The notes: generated by a model from the letters alone, not told the origin. DNA of 64,000 nucleotides from Candidatus Latescibacterota bacterium (GCA_965203355.1 OZ241889.1:1824001-1888000), one strand, 5' to 3'; numbered from the stretch's first letter, positions 48,058 through 57,804 are shown. A program made the numbers and translations.

Positions 48058-48996
48058 ATGAAATCTCTGAAAATGCTTAGTGTTTTAGTCGGCGTGCTGT
48101 TCGTCGCCCAATCAAGCGAGGGGGTTGTCAACATTCAGAATATAGGCTCTGGTGCCCGTGCTCAGGGGTTGGGCAACAGCTTTGTGGCGGTGGCCGACAA
48201 CGCCGATGCGGTGTTCGCCAATCCGGCGGGGTTGGGTCAAGTTTCCCAGCGTCAGGTGGCCTACACCAATGTGTCGCTTTTGTATGCTGGCATTGAAGGG
48301 GACGATCTGGGTCAGCACGTGGTGTCCTATGCTCAGCCGTTGGGTGATCGGTTGGGCTTGGGCTTGGGCTATGAGCGGATTGGCTCGTCGCTGATGAGCG
48401 AGAATGGGGCGTTTGTCTCGCTGTCGTATCAGGTGGCGCGTCGGCTGCAGGTAGGTTTTTCGGCCAAGTATCTGTTTTGGAGTGTAGGGTCGATTCCCGA
48501 CGATCCGGTGAATGGACCGGATCCGGTGTCGAACAAGGTGGCGGGCAACGTTGGGGTTGATTTGGGCTTGCTGTGGCAGAGTCCGGTGTCGGGGGCGCAG
48601 GTGGGGGTGTTGTTGAAGAATATCAATCAGCCGAATGTGGCCTATGGGGAGGTGGCTGGCGATGCGGATGCGGGTGGGTTGCCGATGGATGTGCATGTGG
48701 GTGTGGGGTATCGTCTGAGCGGTGAGTCGTTGGTTTCGGTTGAGTATGTTCGTCGCGATTTGACGGGTGCTGGTTCGTCGGATGGGTTGGTGGTTGGTGG
48801 GGAGACGGAGTTGGTAGAGGGCTTGTTGTTGCGCGGCGGGGGTCGTCGTATGTTGTCGGAGGACGCTGGGGCAGGGTTGAATGCGGGGTTGGGGTATCAG
48901 TGGAACCAGTTGGTGTTTGATTATGCCTATGACATTGGTTTGGATTTGACGGAGACCAATGGCGCCCATCGCTTCTCATTCGCATACGAATTCTAA
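48058..48996 (+). CDS. PorV/PorQ/PorP-SprF-like outer-membrane beta-barrel
   Basis: RBS AAGGAGG; GSGARAQGLGNSFVAVADNADAVFANPAGL, VDLGLLW, LKNINQP, FDYAY, HRFSFAYEF (terminal Phe). Confidence 0.8.
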   Translation: MKSLKMLSVLVGVLFVAQSSEGVVNIQNIGSGARAQGLGNSFVAVADNADAVFANPAGLGQVSQRQVAYTNVSLLYAGIEGDDLGQHVVSYAQPLGDRLGLGLGYERIGSSLMSENGAFVSLSYQVARRLQVGFSAKYLFWSVGSIPDDPVNGPDPVSNKVAGNVGVDLGLLWQSPVSGAQVGVLLKNINQPNVAYGEVAGDADAGGLPMDVHVGVGYRLSGESLVSVEYVRRDLTGAGSSDGLVVGGETELVEGLLLRGGGRRMLSEDAGAGLNAGLGYQWNQLVFDYAYDIGLDLTETNGAHRFSFAYEF

Positions 48997-49048
48997 AAAA
49001 CTTGATAAACTCCAAACGAGAAACCTAGGGTAACAAGGAGATACACAA

Positions 49049-52000
49049 ATGACGGTCTGGGCTGGACTTATCGCGCTGGGATTGGGGCTAGGAGCTAGCC
49101 TTTTCCTACCGGTGCCGCAAAATCTGAAGACCAGTTTTGACGCCGGACAATCTCTCTACGCCCTTGGCGAGTTTGAAGGGGCGATCATTGAGTATTCAAA
49201 GATCGTCAAGTTTGACAGTAAGGCCGTGCGTACCGACAGTGTGCGGGTAGTGTTTGGCAACGGCTTGGAATTGCCCGTAGTTGCGGCAGCTTGGTATCAG
49301 CTAGGCAACGCCTACAAAAAGAGCGGGCAACACGAAGAAGCGGTAGGATCCTATCGCCAAGTTCTCGACGTAGGCAGCGTCGCCGAGGATTTCAAGTCCT
49401 TGGTGCAGTTCCAAGTTGCTGAGACTCGCTTCCTCGCCAAAGAGTATGGCGAGGCCGCAAAGGAATACAAGCGATATGTCGAGTTGTTCCCCGATACGCC
49501 GGAAGCTGGCAAGGCGTATTTTTACGCGGGCTGGAGCGAGTTTAATACAAAAGAATACGACCAATCCATCGAAACGCTCAACGGCATGTTGGCGGCTTAT
49601 CCGCAAGATCGTTATGCGTCGGATTCGCAGTTCCGTATCGCCAGTTCCTTTTACGAGAAGGGCGAGTATGCCAAAGCCGTTGAGATGGCCCAGATAATCC
49701 TCGATAAGTATCCCAATAGTCCGGTTATTGCCCAGGCCCTTTATCTAGAGGCTAACGCCTACGACCAGATGGGGCGCGACGAGGAGGCAATTAAAGCCTA
49801 CCGCGATGTGCGCAATCTCTACGACCGGATGTTTGAACTCTTGCGCGGTTCGTTTCGCGAGGGTAAAAATGTCGATTTTGAAAACTATCGACAGCTTTTT
49901 GAGACTTCCTCGTTGCGCGTTGCTGAGATCTTCCGCAAAACAGACCAATTTGAGGAAGCCTACCAAGAGTTGATCGCCGCCCAAGAAACCGCTGAGGAAC
50001 GCTTTTATAAAGCCAAGGTGCAGATGAGAATCGGCGACAACTACATGGAGTGGGAGAAATTCGACGAGGCTTGGACTGCTTACAACCAAGTGATTGAACT
50101 CTACGGGGATACGCCTTATCCGCCGAACGCTCAGTATCAGAAAGGCGAAGCCAAGTACTTCGCCGGAGACTACGCTGCTGCCCGTGAAGACTACCTACAA
50201 CTGCTGGAGGACTACCCGGATAGCGATACGGGTTTGCGCTCCGCAGCACTCTATAGCGCAGGTTGGTCTGCCGAGAAACTCGGCGTGGTGGAGCTGGCTA
50301 TCGCAAGCTACACGCGGGCAGTGGACAACTTTCCCCGCTCCGACCAGGCACCATTGTGCTTATTGCGCATCGCTCGTCTAAACTACGAGCAGCAGAAAGT
50401 TGAGGAGGCCATTGAAGCCTATAAGGCTATAACGGAAAGCTATCAGGATACGCGGCACATAGCTGATGCTTACTATGGCCTTGGTATTCTCTACCGAGAC
50501 GAAGATCGGAAAGACGAAGCCATCGTTGCTTTTTCCAAGGTTGACCGCGATGCCCGCGAGACGTACATCGCTGCGCTGATTGAGGCGGCTAATCTCTACA
50601 TTTCTCAAGATCGCATCGCCGAGGGGCGTAAGCTGCTCAATCAACTGCTAGAAGGTGTGACCGGCGACCGCGATTTGGAGGCTAGAGCCCATTTCCAGAT
50701 GGCCCAACTCGATCTCAATAATAAAAATTACGTTGATGCAGTCGAGCGCTATACTATGGTACTTGAAGAGTACCCAGAAAGCGATGTCATTCGCGACACC
50801 CGCTACGGACGTGCATTGGCCTATCACTATTCGGGCCGTTATGACCGTGCGTTGCTTGATTACAAATGGCTATTGGACACTAAAGTTCCCCCAGCTATGC
50901 AGCTAAAGGTCTCCTTCTCGATGGCACTGTCGTACTCGGCGGAAGGCAATGACGACGAAGCGGAGAAACTGCTGAACGAGGTCGTTGCTTCAGGAGACGA
51001 GAGCTTGGTGCGTTCGGCGCGGCTGCAGCTAATCTCAATGGCCGAGAAGAAGGGCAATCCAGAGGAAGCGGTGCGCATCTATGAAGAGATGTTGGCTACT
51101 ACTACCTCGAGTGAAGACCGGGAGCGTTTACTAATTCGCTTGGCCAATGCCTACTTCAAACTGGATAAGTTCCAACAGAGTATTGAAGCAGCCCAGGCAC
51201 TCATTGACTTGGCCATCAATGCTGAGAGTATTGCCAATGCGCTCTTTGTCCAAGGCAACTGTTTCTACCGATCCGAGCAGTTCGTCCAAGCGATTGCCAC
51301 GTATAACACCATCATCGAAAATTACCCGCAGATTGCTTGGGCCAGAAATGCCCAATTCCAAATAGGCGTAGCTTATAACAAACTATCGGCTAACGGCAAT
51401 GTTGACGTGCTACCAGCAATGTCCCAAGCGTTTAATACTTACTACACCCAATATCCTGACGACGAGCGCGCTGTGCATGCCTACTACTACGATGCTTGGG
51501 CGCATTATCGGATGGGTAAATGGCGCGATGCCAGCGATATTTTTGCTAACCTAGCAGATAAATATCCGCAGTCTCGCTATGCGTCTGAGGCGCTTTTTCG
51601 TGCTGGCGATGCTCTGTTCAACATGACCAATAGAAGCGGCGTGGAGAACAAAAACCAGCACTACCTAGATGCCATGGGCTACTACGACCGAATCATTGGG
51701 CGCTATTCTCAGTCGGCCCATGTGGACGATGCTCTCTACAACAAGGCTTGGTGTCTGATCAACCTTGACCGCAAGGAAGAAGCGGTGCCAATCTTCGAGA
51801 GAATAGTTGCTGAACATCCCAACGGTACGTATGGGCCCCGTAGCCAGTTTACGCTCGGAGATTACTATTACGGCCTCAAGGATTACGAAAAGGCCACCGA
51901 AAGCTACCAGACTTTCTTGGATCGCTTTCCCGCTGACAAGTTGATTGCCCAAGACCGGGCACTGCCGAACAAGGCAAGGACTCTGCTCGGACATTTGGCT

Positions 52001-52294
52001 GAGATCGATGCCTACAATCTTTATGCAACAGGCGAACAGCTTTTGGCCGAGAAAAATTACGACGAGGCCGTGGCGATCTTCAAGGAAGTGCAGCAGAAGT
52101 ATCCCACGAGCGATCAGGCTGTCAATTCACTAGTCAACATCGGTGCCGCCTATATGGCCCAGGAGGAATTCCGTTTGGCTGGTGCCGTCTTTCAGGAAGT
52201 CGTCGACAAATATGGCGACAACTCCAAATACGTACCGCAGGTGGACTATGCCAGAGAACAGCTACAGGTAATGCAAGAAGCTCGCGTCCTTTAA
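49049..52294 (+). CDS. Giant periplasmic TPR protein (BamD/CpoB-type repeats)
   Basis: N-terminal hydrophobic segment; more than 20 repeats of the A.(Y/F)..G...Y..A...Y......YP.S type. Confidence 0.85.
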   Translation: MTVWAGLIALGLGLGASLFLPVPQNLKTSFDAGQSLYALGEFEGAIIEYSKIVKFDSKAVRTDSVRVVFGNGLELPVVAAAWYQLGNAYKKSGQHEEAVGSYRQVLDVGSVAEDFKSLVQFQVAETRFLAKEYGEAAKEYKRYVELFPDTPEAGKAYFYAGWSEFNTKEYDQSIETLNGMLAAYPQDRYASDSQFRIASSFYEKGEYAKAVEMAQIILDKYPNSPVIAQALYLEANAYDQMGRDEEAIKAYRDVRNLYDRMFELLRGSFREGKNVDFENYRQLFETSSLRVAEIFRKTDQFEEAYQELIAAQETAEERFYKAKVQMRIGDNYMEWEKFDEAWTAYNQVIELYGDTPYPPNAQYQKGEAKYFAGDYAAAREDYLQLLEDYPDSDTGLRSAALYSAGWSAEKLGVVELAIASYTRAVDNFPRSDQAPLCLLRIARLNYEQQKVEEAIEAYKAITESYQDTRHIADAYYGLGILYRDEDRKDEAIVAFSKVDRDARETYIAALIEAANLYISQDRIAEGRKLLNQLLEGVTGDRDLEARAHFQMAQLDLNNKNYVDAVERYTMVLEEYPESDVIRDTRYGRALAYHYSGRYDRALLDYKWLLDTKVPPAMQLKVSFSMALSYSAEGNDDEAEKLLNEVVASGDESLVRSARLQLISMAEKKGNPEEAVRIYEEMLATTTSSEDRERLLIRLANAYFKLDKFQQSIEAAQALIDLAINAESIANALFVQGNCFYRSEQFVQAIATYNTIIENYPQIAWARNAQFQIGVAYNKLSANGNVDVLPAMSQAFNTYYTQYPDDERAVHAYYYDAWAHYRMGKWRDASDIFANLADKYPQSRYASEALFRAGDALFNMTNRSGVENKNQHYLDAMGYYDRIIGRYSQSAHVDDALYNKAWCLINLDRKEEAVPIFERIVAEHPNGTYGPRSQFTLGDYYYGLKDYEKATESYQTFLDRFPADKLIAQDRALPNKARTLLGHLAEIDAYNLYATGEQLLAEKNYDEAVAIFKEVQQKYPTSDQAVNSLVNIGAAYMAQEEFRLAGAVFQEVVDKYGDNSKYVPQVDYAREQLQVMQEARVL

Positions 52295-52337
52295 CTTTTG
52301 CTTTTTTTGCGTCTTAACTCTTAAGGAGGGAAAAGAA

Positions 52338-52991
52338 ATGATTGAACTTTTTCGCGAAGGCGGACCTTTTATGTGGCCTTTGGCACTCTGGTCTATGCTT
52401 TCTATTGCGTTCTTTCTCGAGCGTATTTATACGTATGCACGGCTGCGCTCCGAGGACCAATTGGCCGAAATCACCAATGATATCAACGCGCGTATAGATT
52501 CGGGTGCATCCATTGACCAACTCAAGGAATACTGCACCGAAGTTAGCAAACTAGAAGGCGAGGTGTACGGCGAGGGACTTGAGCGCTTTGAACACTTGTC
52601 GCGCGAGCAGCGCACGATGGAGGAGATGCGCGAGGAAATGAACGGTACGGTTGAACGGGCCGCTTTGGGGTATCTCGAACGGTATTTAGCCGTTATCGAC
52701 TTCGTTTCCAAGTCCGTGGTGTTGCTTGGTCTGCTGGGCACGGTCAACGGTATGATCAACGCGTTTGAAGGTATTGCGGAAAAGGGGCTTGGTGAACCGA
52801 CGATCGTAGCCGCAGGTATTTCCGAAGCACTAATCACTACAGTTACCGGTCTGGTGATCGCCGTGCCTTCAATCGCTATCTTCACGTATTTTAGCAACCG
52901 TGCCACGGGCAAGTCTGTTCAGTTTGAAGCATATGGCCACGGTTTTGTGGACGCTCTGCTACGTCGTTGGCAAGGTACGCAAGCTGCCTAA
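52338..52991 (+). CDS. exbB: MotA/TolQ/ExbB proton channel
   Basis: GGPFMWPL..ER, LLGLLGTVNGMINAF, AGISEALITTVTGLVIAVP. Confidence 0.93.
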   Translation: MIELFREGGPFMWPLALWSMLSIAFFLERIYTYARLRSEDQLAEITNDINARIDSGASIDQLKEYCTEVSKLEGEVYGEGLERFEHLSREQRTMEEMREEMNGTVERAALGYLERYLAVIDFVSKSVVLLGLLGTVNGMINAFEGIAEKGLGEPTIVAAGISEALITTVTGLVIAVPSIAIFTYFSNRATGKSVQFEAYGHGFVDALLRRWQGTQAA

Positions 52992-53020
52992 GGCAGCTCT
53001 TCTTAGGAGGCATGAGATAG

Positions 53021-53428
53021 ATGGCTGAGAGAGTAGAAAAAAAAGAACTGACCATGCCCGATCTGACTCCGATGATTGACGTGGTCTTTCAGCTACTCAT
53101 CTTCTTTATGGTAACCGCTGTGTTCGCCATTACTCCGGGTTTGGATATTAAATTGCCCGAGGCCGAAGAGGCCCAGGCCCCGGAGAAGGAGAACCTCTTT
53201 ATCGTCGTGGATCAGGACGGCAACATGAAGTTGAACCACAAGTCGGTGACCTTTGCAACTCTCAAAGAGGAATTGCAAGCGAAGAGACAGCTGTTGGACA
53301 ACACCACGATGATTATCATCCAAGGAGACGAGCGCTCCACGCATGGGCAAATCGTCCAGATCATGGACATTGCCCGCCAAGTGGGCGTCGTTGATCAGGT
53401 CATCGCCACGGAACCGCAACGCAACTGA
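53021..53428 (+). CDS. exbD: ExbD/TolR biopolymer transport protein
   Basis: DLTPMIDVVFQLLIFFMV, I.LPEA, IQGDE...HG.IV.IMD.AR.VG. Confidence 0.93.
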   Translation: MAERVEKKELTMPDLTPMIDVVFQLLIFFMVTAVFAITPGLDIKLPEAEEAQAPEKENLFIVVDQDGNMKLNHKSVTFATLKEELQAKRQLLDNTTMIIIQGDERSTHGQIVQIMDIARQVGVVDQVIATEPQRN

Positions 53429-53468
53429 ATGAGGTTTCTAGGCCCTGTTAGTAATAGGGAGAAGAACT

Positions 53469-54830
53469 GTGGTAGACGAGTATAAAAAATCAGTACAAGC
53501 CCGGCGCCAAAAAACGGTCTATATGGCTGTCGGTGCGGCTCTTCTCATTCACGTACTCTTCATCCTGTCCAAATGGGTGGTAATCGCCGCCGGTTTGGCA
53601 GGTGCTGGAGTACTGTTGTACGCCTTATATACGGCTACCACCGGCCGTCGGATGAGCATGGGAGTGGCCTTTTTTCTCTCGGTAGCCATCCACGCTGGCG
53701 TCTTCGTTTACGACTATCTCTTTGGCATTGGCGAAGAACAGGAAAAGGAGCAGCTGATTATTTTTCGTGCTCCTCCGCCCATTCTCGAAAAGAATTTCGA
53801 CTTAGCCAAGCGACCTGAGATATCCGAAGTGCAGATGGAGATGATACAGTCGATGGCACCTCCGGATTTGCCGCAGGATATATCGGCGATAGCCGATGTT
53901 AGCGCGGTAGGTAGCGACCTGCTGAGCTCGGTCTTACCCGGTTCGCAGGTCTTGGGTGCCTTTTCGGGGGCCAAGGCCGAAGAGTTGGCCTTCGACGAGG
54001 TCGCGATGATCGAACTGGCGGAAACGTCGGCACCAGTGCAAGAGGCGATGAGCCTGAGGCACGAATTGCTCAATGTCGGCGACTTAGACATCGGTCGCTA
54101 TCAAGCGATCTTGATTCATGATCCCGACAATAAACGCAATATCCGTGGCTTCTTTAACATGACAGTCATTGACTATGATATCGCAGACAAGAATAGCGAT
54201 CGGTTCCCAACTGCGGTAGAGGAGTTGATGCGCTATATGCGCGATCATACCCAAATTAATGCCCGAATCGAGGGCACGACTTTGGAATTTTCGGATCCGC
54301 GCATCATGGAAGCTCCCATGATTTATGTGACGGGCAACGACGCTGTCTTGCAAATCAGCGATACAGAGAAAACCAACCTAGGCGACTATCTCAAAAACGG
54401 TGGTTTTCTCTATGCCGAGGAAATTCGCCAAAGCGACGCTGAGAACGGACTTGAAGGCAAAGAAGCCGGAGTTTCGGGTACGCCGTTTGACCGCCAGTTC
54501 AAAGCCCTAATGAAAGATCCGCTAGTGTTGGGTAGCGACGGCTCCAAGTGGCAGAAAATGCCCAAGAGCCACGATCTCTACTACAGCTTCTGGGATTTTC
54601 CCGATGGTCCGCCTATGGGCGGCGCACCGGCTGGCAATGTGTTCGACTTGGAGATGCTGGAACTGCGCGGTAGGGTTGCGGTGGTCTTCAGCGACTTAAA
54701 TATTAGCTGGTACTGGGGAGACCCGCTAGCCGATGCACGCGAGCGCGGGTTACAGTTCGGGGTCAACCTAATCGTCTATGCGTTGACTCAGCCGGGTGGC
54801 ATCGCCAACGTGACCCAGTTCACTCAATAA
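53469..54830 (+). CDS. DUF4159-domain protein with TonB/TolA-like N-terminal membrane anchor
   Basis: TM helices ALLIHVLF and FLSVAIHAGVF, Pro-containing linker; C-terminal PMIYVTG..E..NLGDYLKNGGFLYAE..GRVAVVFS..QFGVNLIVYALT (DUF4159-like). Confidence 0.75.
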   Translation: MVDEYKKSVQARRQKTVYMAVGAALLIHVLFILSKWVVIAAGLAGAGVLLYALYTATTGRRMSMGVAFFLSVAIHAGVFVYDYLFGIGEEQEKEQLIIFRAPPPILEKNFDLAKRPEISEVQMEMIQSMAPPDLPQDISAIADVSAVGSDLLSSVLPGSQVLGAFSGAKAEELAFDEVAMIELAETSAPVQEAMSLRHELLNVGDLDIGRYQAILIHDPDNKRNIRGFFNMTVIDYDIADKNSDRFPTAVEELMRYMRDHTQINARIEGTTLEFSDPRIMEAPMIYVTGNDAVLQISDTEKTNLGDYLKNGGFLYAEEIRQSDAENGLEGKEAGVSGTPFDRQFKALMKDPLVLGSDGSKWQKMPKSHDLYYSFWDFPDGPPMGGAPAGNVFDLEMLELRGRVAVVFSDLNISWYWGDPLADARERGLQFGVNLIVYALTQPGGIANVTQFTQ

Positions 54831-54856
54831 GCACCCTTAGAATAGCAAGAAGTTCG

Positions 54857-54898
54857 GATGCCCTACTGGTAAATCGACCGGTAGGGCATCTTTATTTT
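54857..54898 (+). terminator. Intrinsic terminator between convergent genes
   Basis: GATGCCCTACTGGT-AAATCG-ACCGGTAGGGCATC followed by TTTATTTT. Confidence 0.85.
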
Positions 54899-54914
54899 GA
54901 CCATTCCCTTCCAC

Positions 54915-56204
54915 TCACACCGATCCCCTTATCTGATCCCAGACATCGAAGTATGTCGGAAAAGTTTTGCCGACGCATCCTGGATCATTGATGTGGATTC
55001 CGGGCACTCGCAATCCGACTAGAGCAAAACTCATAGCTACTCGGTGATCCTTATAGGTGTCGATGCTGCTGCTTTTGGGGGTAGAAGGCGCGATAGTAGC
55101 ACCATCCTGGTGTTCTTCTACTTCTACGCCGAGCCGGCGCAGTTGGGCGACCATAGCGGCAATCCGGTCCGTTTCCTGCCAGCGCGTATGCTCGATGTTG
55201 CGGATACGCACTGGATCCTTGGCAAAAGGAGCGATCGCGGCCAGCGTCAATGAGGTGTCTGATAGGGCCTTCATATCGACGTCTATGCCTCTGAGTTGAT
55301 CCGGCCCGATCACCTCAACGCCGCGGGCGTAACGGTTGACCGTGCAGCCCATCTTCTCGAGCACATCAACGAAGTGGATATCGCCTTGGGCTGAGTCGGC
55401 GGCAATATCGGCTACGCGTACCCGACCACCGGTGAGCGCAGCGGCGGCAAAGAAGTACGAGGCGTTGGAAGCATCTGGCTCAATGGCGTAGGCACGGGGC
55501 GTATAGCATTGGCCGCCAGCGACGCGAAAGCGCTGGTATTCGTCGTGCTCGACCTCGACCCCAAATGCCTGCATTACCGCCATAGTGATGTCGATATATT
55601 CTGTCTTGAACTCGCTGACTATTTCGATTTCTAAGCCGTTGTCGGCGTAGGGAGCGACGAGCAGCAGCGAAGTGAGGAACTGGCTGCTCTTGCTGGCGTC
55701 GAGCCGGGTTTTTCCACCTCTGAACCCCTTGGCTTGCACCTCTATGGGTAGGCAGTCATTGGCGAAGCGCGAACGAGCGTCGACACCGAGTTGGCCGAGT
55801 GCATCGAGCAGATCCGCCATCGGGCGGTGCTGGCGCATGGGCGCGTCGCCGTCGATGACGAAGGTCCCATTGCCAAGCGCAACATAGCTTGTGATCGACC
55901 GCGAAGTGGTGCCCGAATTGCCGATATACAGTTCGGCACCATCAACGGGAATCCGTCCTCCATTGCCTGTAACCACGAAGCTGGCCGCCTGTGGATCGGC
56001 CTGTATGGAGACACCGAGCTTGCGCAGTGCTTGGGCCATGTAGTCGGTATCGTCGCTAAAGAGTGCGCCCGTAAGGTGCGATTCTCCGTTGGCTAGTGCT
56101 GCGACTAGCAGTGCCCGGTTGGTATAGCTTTTGGATCCGGGAACGGAGACTTCGGCGTCGAGCGGTTTTTGCAGGGGTTGTATTTCGAGTGAATCAGCGT
56201 TCAT
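54915..56204 (-). CDS. aroA: 3-phosphoshikimate 1-carboxyvinyltransferase (EPSP synthase)
   Basis: PGSKSYTNRAL, GNSGTTSR, SSQFLTSLL, EPDASNASYF, ETDRI, DHRVAMSF, KTFPTYF. Confidence 0.97.
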   Translation of the reverse strand: MNADSLEIQPLQKPLDAEVSVPGSKSYTNRALLVAALANGESHLTGALFSDDTDYMAQALRKLGVSIQADPQAASFVVTGNGGRIPVDGAELYIGNSGTTSRSITSYVALGNGTFVIDGDAPMRQHRPMADLLDALGQLGVDARSRFANDCLPIEVQAKGFRGGKTRLDASKSSQFLTSLLLVAPYADNGLEIEIVSEFKTEYIDITMAVMQAFGVEVEHDEYQRFRVAGGQCYTPRAYAIEPDASNASYFFAAAALTGGRVRVADIAADSAQGDIHFVDVLEKMGCTVNRYARGVEVIGPDQLRGIDVDMKALSDTSLTLAAIAPFAKDPVRIRNIEHTRWQETDRIAAMVAQLRRLGVEVEEHQDGATIAPSTPKSSSIDTYKDHRVAMSFALVGLRVPGIHINDPGCVGKTFPTYFDVWDQIRGSV

Positions 56205-56357
56205 GTTTAGTTAAACGTGAGATGGCATGATGCAAGTGGATCGAGACCAGGCATAATTTGGTATCTCGCGGTGTTCTAGGCAATGCCTGCTTGGGAGGTC
56301 TTGGGCTGGAGGACGCTGGTGTTTTCCTCTACATTTATTCGCGAAAGGAATGCGTCA

Positions 56358-57254
56358 ATGCCATCAGTCAAGCAGCCGGACGAGATTAAAAATTTACTCG
56401 AAGGTCCGGTCAACTCCATCCCCACCACATTTTTGCCCAACGGCCAACTAGATTGGGAGGGCATCGGCCGCATAATCGACATCGGCATCGCTAGCGGCAG
56501 TAAGGTCAGCTTGCTGACCTACGGGGATAGCCAGTTCGAATTCCTCAGCGATGAAGAAGTCGCCCAACTCACCCGCTTTTTGGTTGACCGGGTCGCCGGA
56601 CGAGTGCTGACGGTGGCGGCCACTCGGCGCTGGCCAGACGATCGGGCGGTCCAATTCGCCGAGTATTGCCGCAGTTGGGGAGCCGACGTGCTGATGGTGT
56701 TGCCGCCGGAACAAGCCCAGCCGCAGGGCAAGATCGTTCAATACCGCAAAGTCGCCCAAGTCATGCCCTTGATGTTGGTGGGGTGTCCGCCCTATGAAAT
56801 TCTCGATGCGCTCCTCGACGCGCCCAACATTTGCGCCTTCAAAGAAGACGGCACACTCGAATACGCGAAGACGACTATGCGCCGCTATGGAGATCGATGG
56901 AAGTTCATGACCGGCGGCGGTCTATGGCGCAATTTCGCACAATGGCCCTGCGGCATTCGCGCCTTCTTTTGTTATCCATCTTCGTTTGCGCCCCACGTAA
57001 CACAAAGCTACTGGCGGGCCTTCCAAGCCGGCGACGCCAAAACGGCCCAGACCATCATCACCCAAATCGAAGAACCCTTCTGGGGAGTGGCCACCGATGT
57101 GGTAGGCGGCGGTCAGGCTGTGTGGCGCACCGCGCTTGAACTCAACGGCATTGCCTCGCGCTGGTTGCGTCCGCCCATGGTCACGGCCGCGGACGAGGAG
57201 GTGGAGAAAATCGCTGCCGTTTTGGATGCTATCGGGCTGATAAATCCCCTCTGA
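56358..57254 (+). CDS. Dihydrodipicolinate synthase / N-acetylneuraminate lyase family aldolase
   Basis: ATG 56358; IPTTF..G.LD, GDSQF..LS.EE, GADVLMVLPP, PNICAFKED (Schiff-base Lys). Confidence 0.82.
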   Translation: MPSVKQPDEIKNLLEGPVNSIPTTFLPNGQLDWEGIGRIIDIGIASGSKVSLLTYGDSQFEFLSDEEVAQLTRFLVDRVAGRVLTVAATRRWPDDRAVQFAEYCRSWGADVLMVLPPEQAQPQGKIVQYRKVAQVMPLMLVGCPPYEILDALLDAPNICAFKEDGTLEYAKTTMRRYGDRWKFMTGGGLWRNFAQWPCGIRAFFCYPSSFAPHVTQSYWRAFQAGDAKTAQTIITQIEEPFWGVATDVVGGGQAVWRTALELNGIASRWLRPPMVTAADEEVEKIAAVLDAIGLINPL

Positions 57255-57342
57255 GACGAGCGATTCTTCTAAGAATCGAGAATAGCTATTCTATGTGGCA
57301 CCGTGCCGGAGATGCTGAAGGCTAATTGATGCGGAGGAAATC

Positions 57343-57804
57343 ATGGCCAGTCATCTTGAGGATGTCGAATACAAAGACGGTAAAAAACACGGCCCTTGGG
57401 TGCTGTACTACGCCGACGGTGGCAAGCGGCGCGAAGGTACCTTTGACATGGGCAAGAAGACGGGCAAATGGATCGAGTACCACAGAAATGGCAAACCCGC
57501 CAGCATCAATCACTACCAAGAAAATCAGCTCACCGGCGACCACGTAGCTTACTATGAAAACGGCAACCGGAAACAGACCGGGCAATTCAACGAATACCGC
57601 GGCAAAAGCACAGACGGGCGCAAGAAGGGCATTTGGACTTTTTACGCCGCGGATGGCGAGACGGTCTGGCGGCGTATTACCTATAAAGACGGCCGCCGCT
57701 GCCGCGAGGACGATCATCCCCTCGGCTTGTGCCCGGATTGCGACAAGCCGGTAGAATCGCCCGCGTGGGAACACTGCCCCCGCTGCGACGCTGAGTTGAT
57801 CTAA
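57343..57804 (+). CDS. MORN2/YwqK-type repeat protein with C-terminal zinc ribbon
   Basis: GKKHGPW..YY.DG repeats; CPDC..CPRC. Confidence 0.75.
   Translation: MASHLEDVEYKDGKKHGPWVLYYADGGKRREGTFDMGKKTGKWIEYHRNGKPASINHYQENQLTGDHVAYYENGNRKQTGQFNEYRGKSTDGRKKGIWTFYAADGETVWRRITYKDGRRCREDDHPLGLCPDCDKPVESPAWEHCPRCDAELI

Noticed and set aside
48112-48969. 285-aa minus-strand ORF rich in H/Q/P/T
   Set aside because: Antisense shadow of the G/T-rich PorV-like gene; no RBS or recognisable motif.
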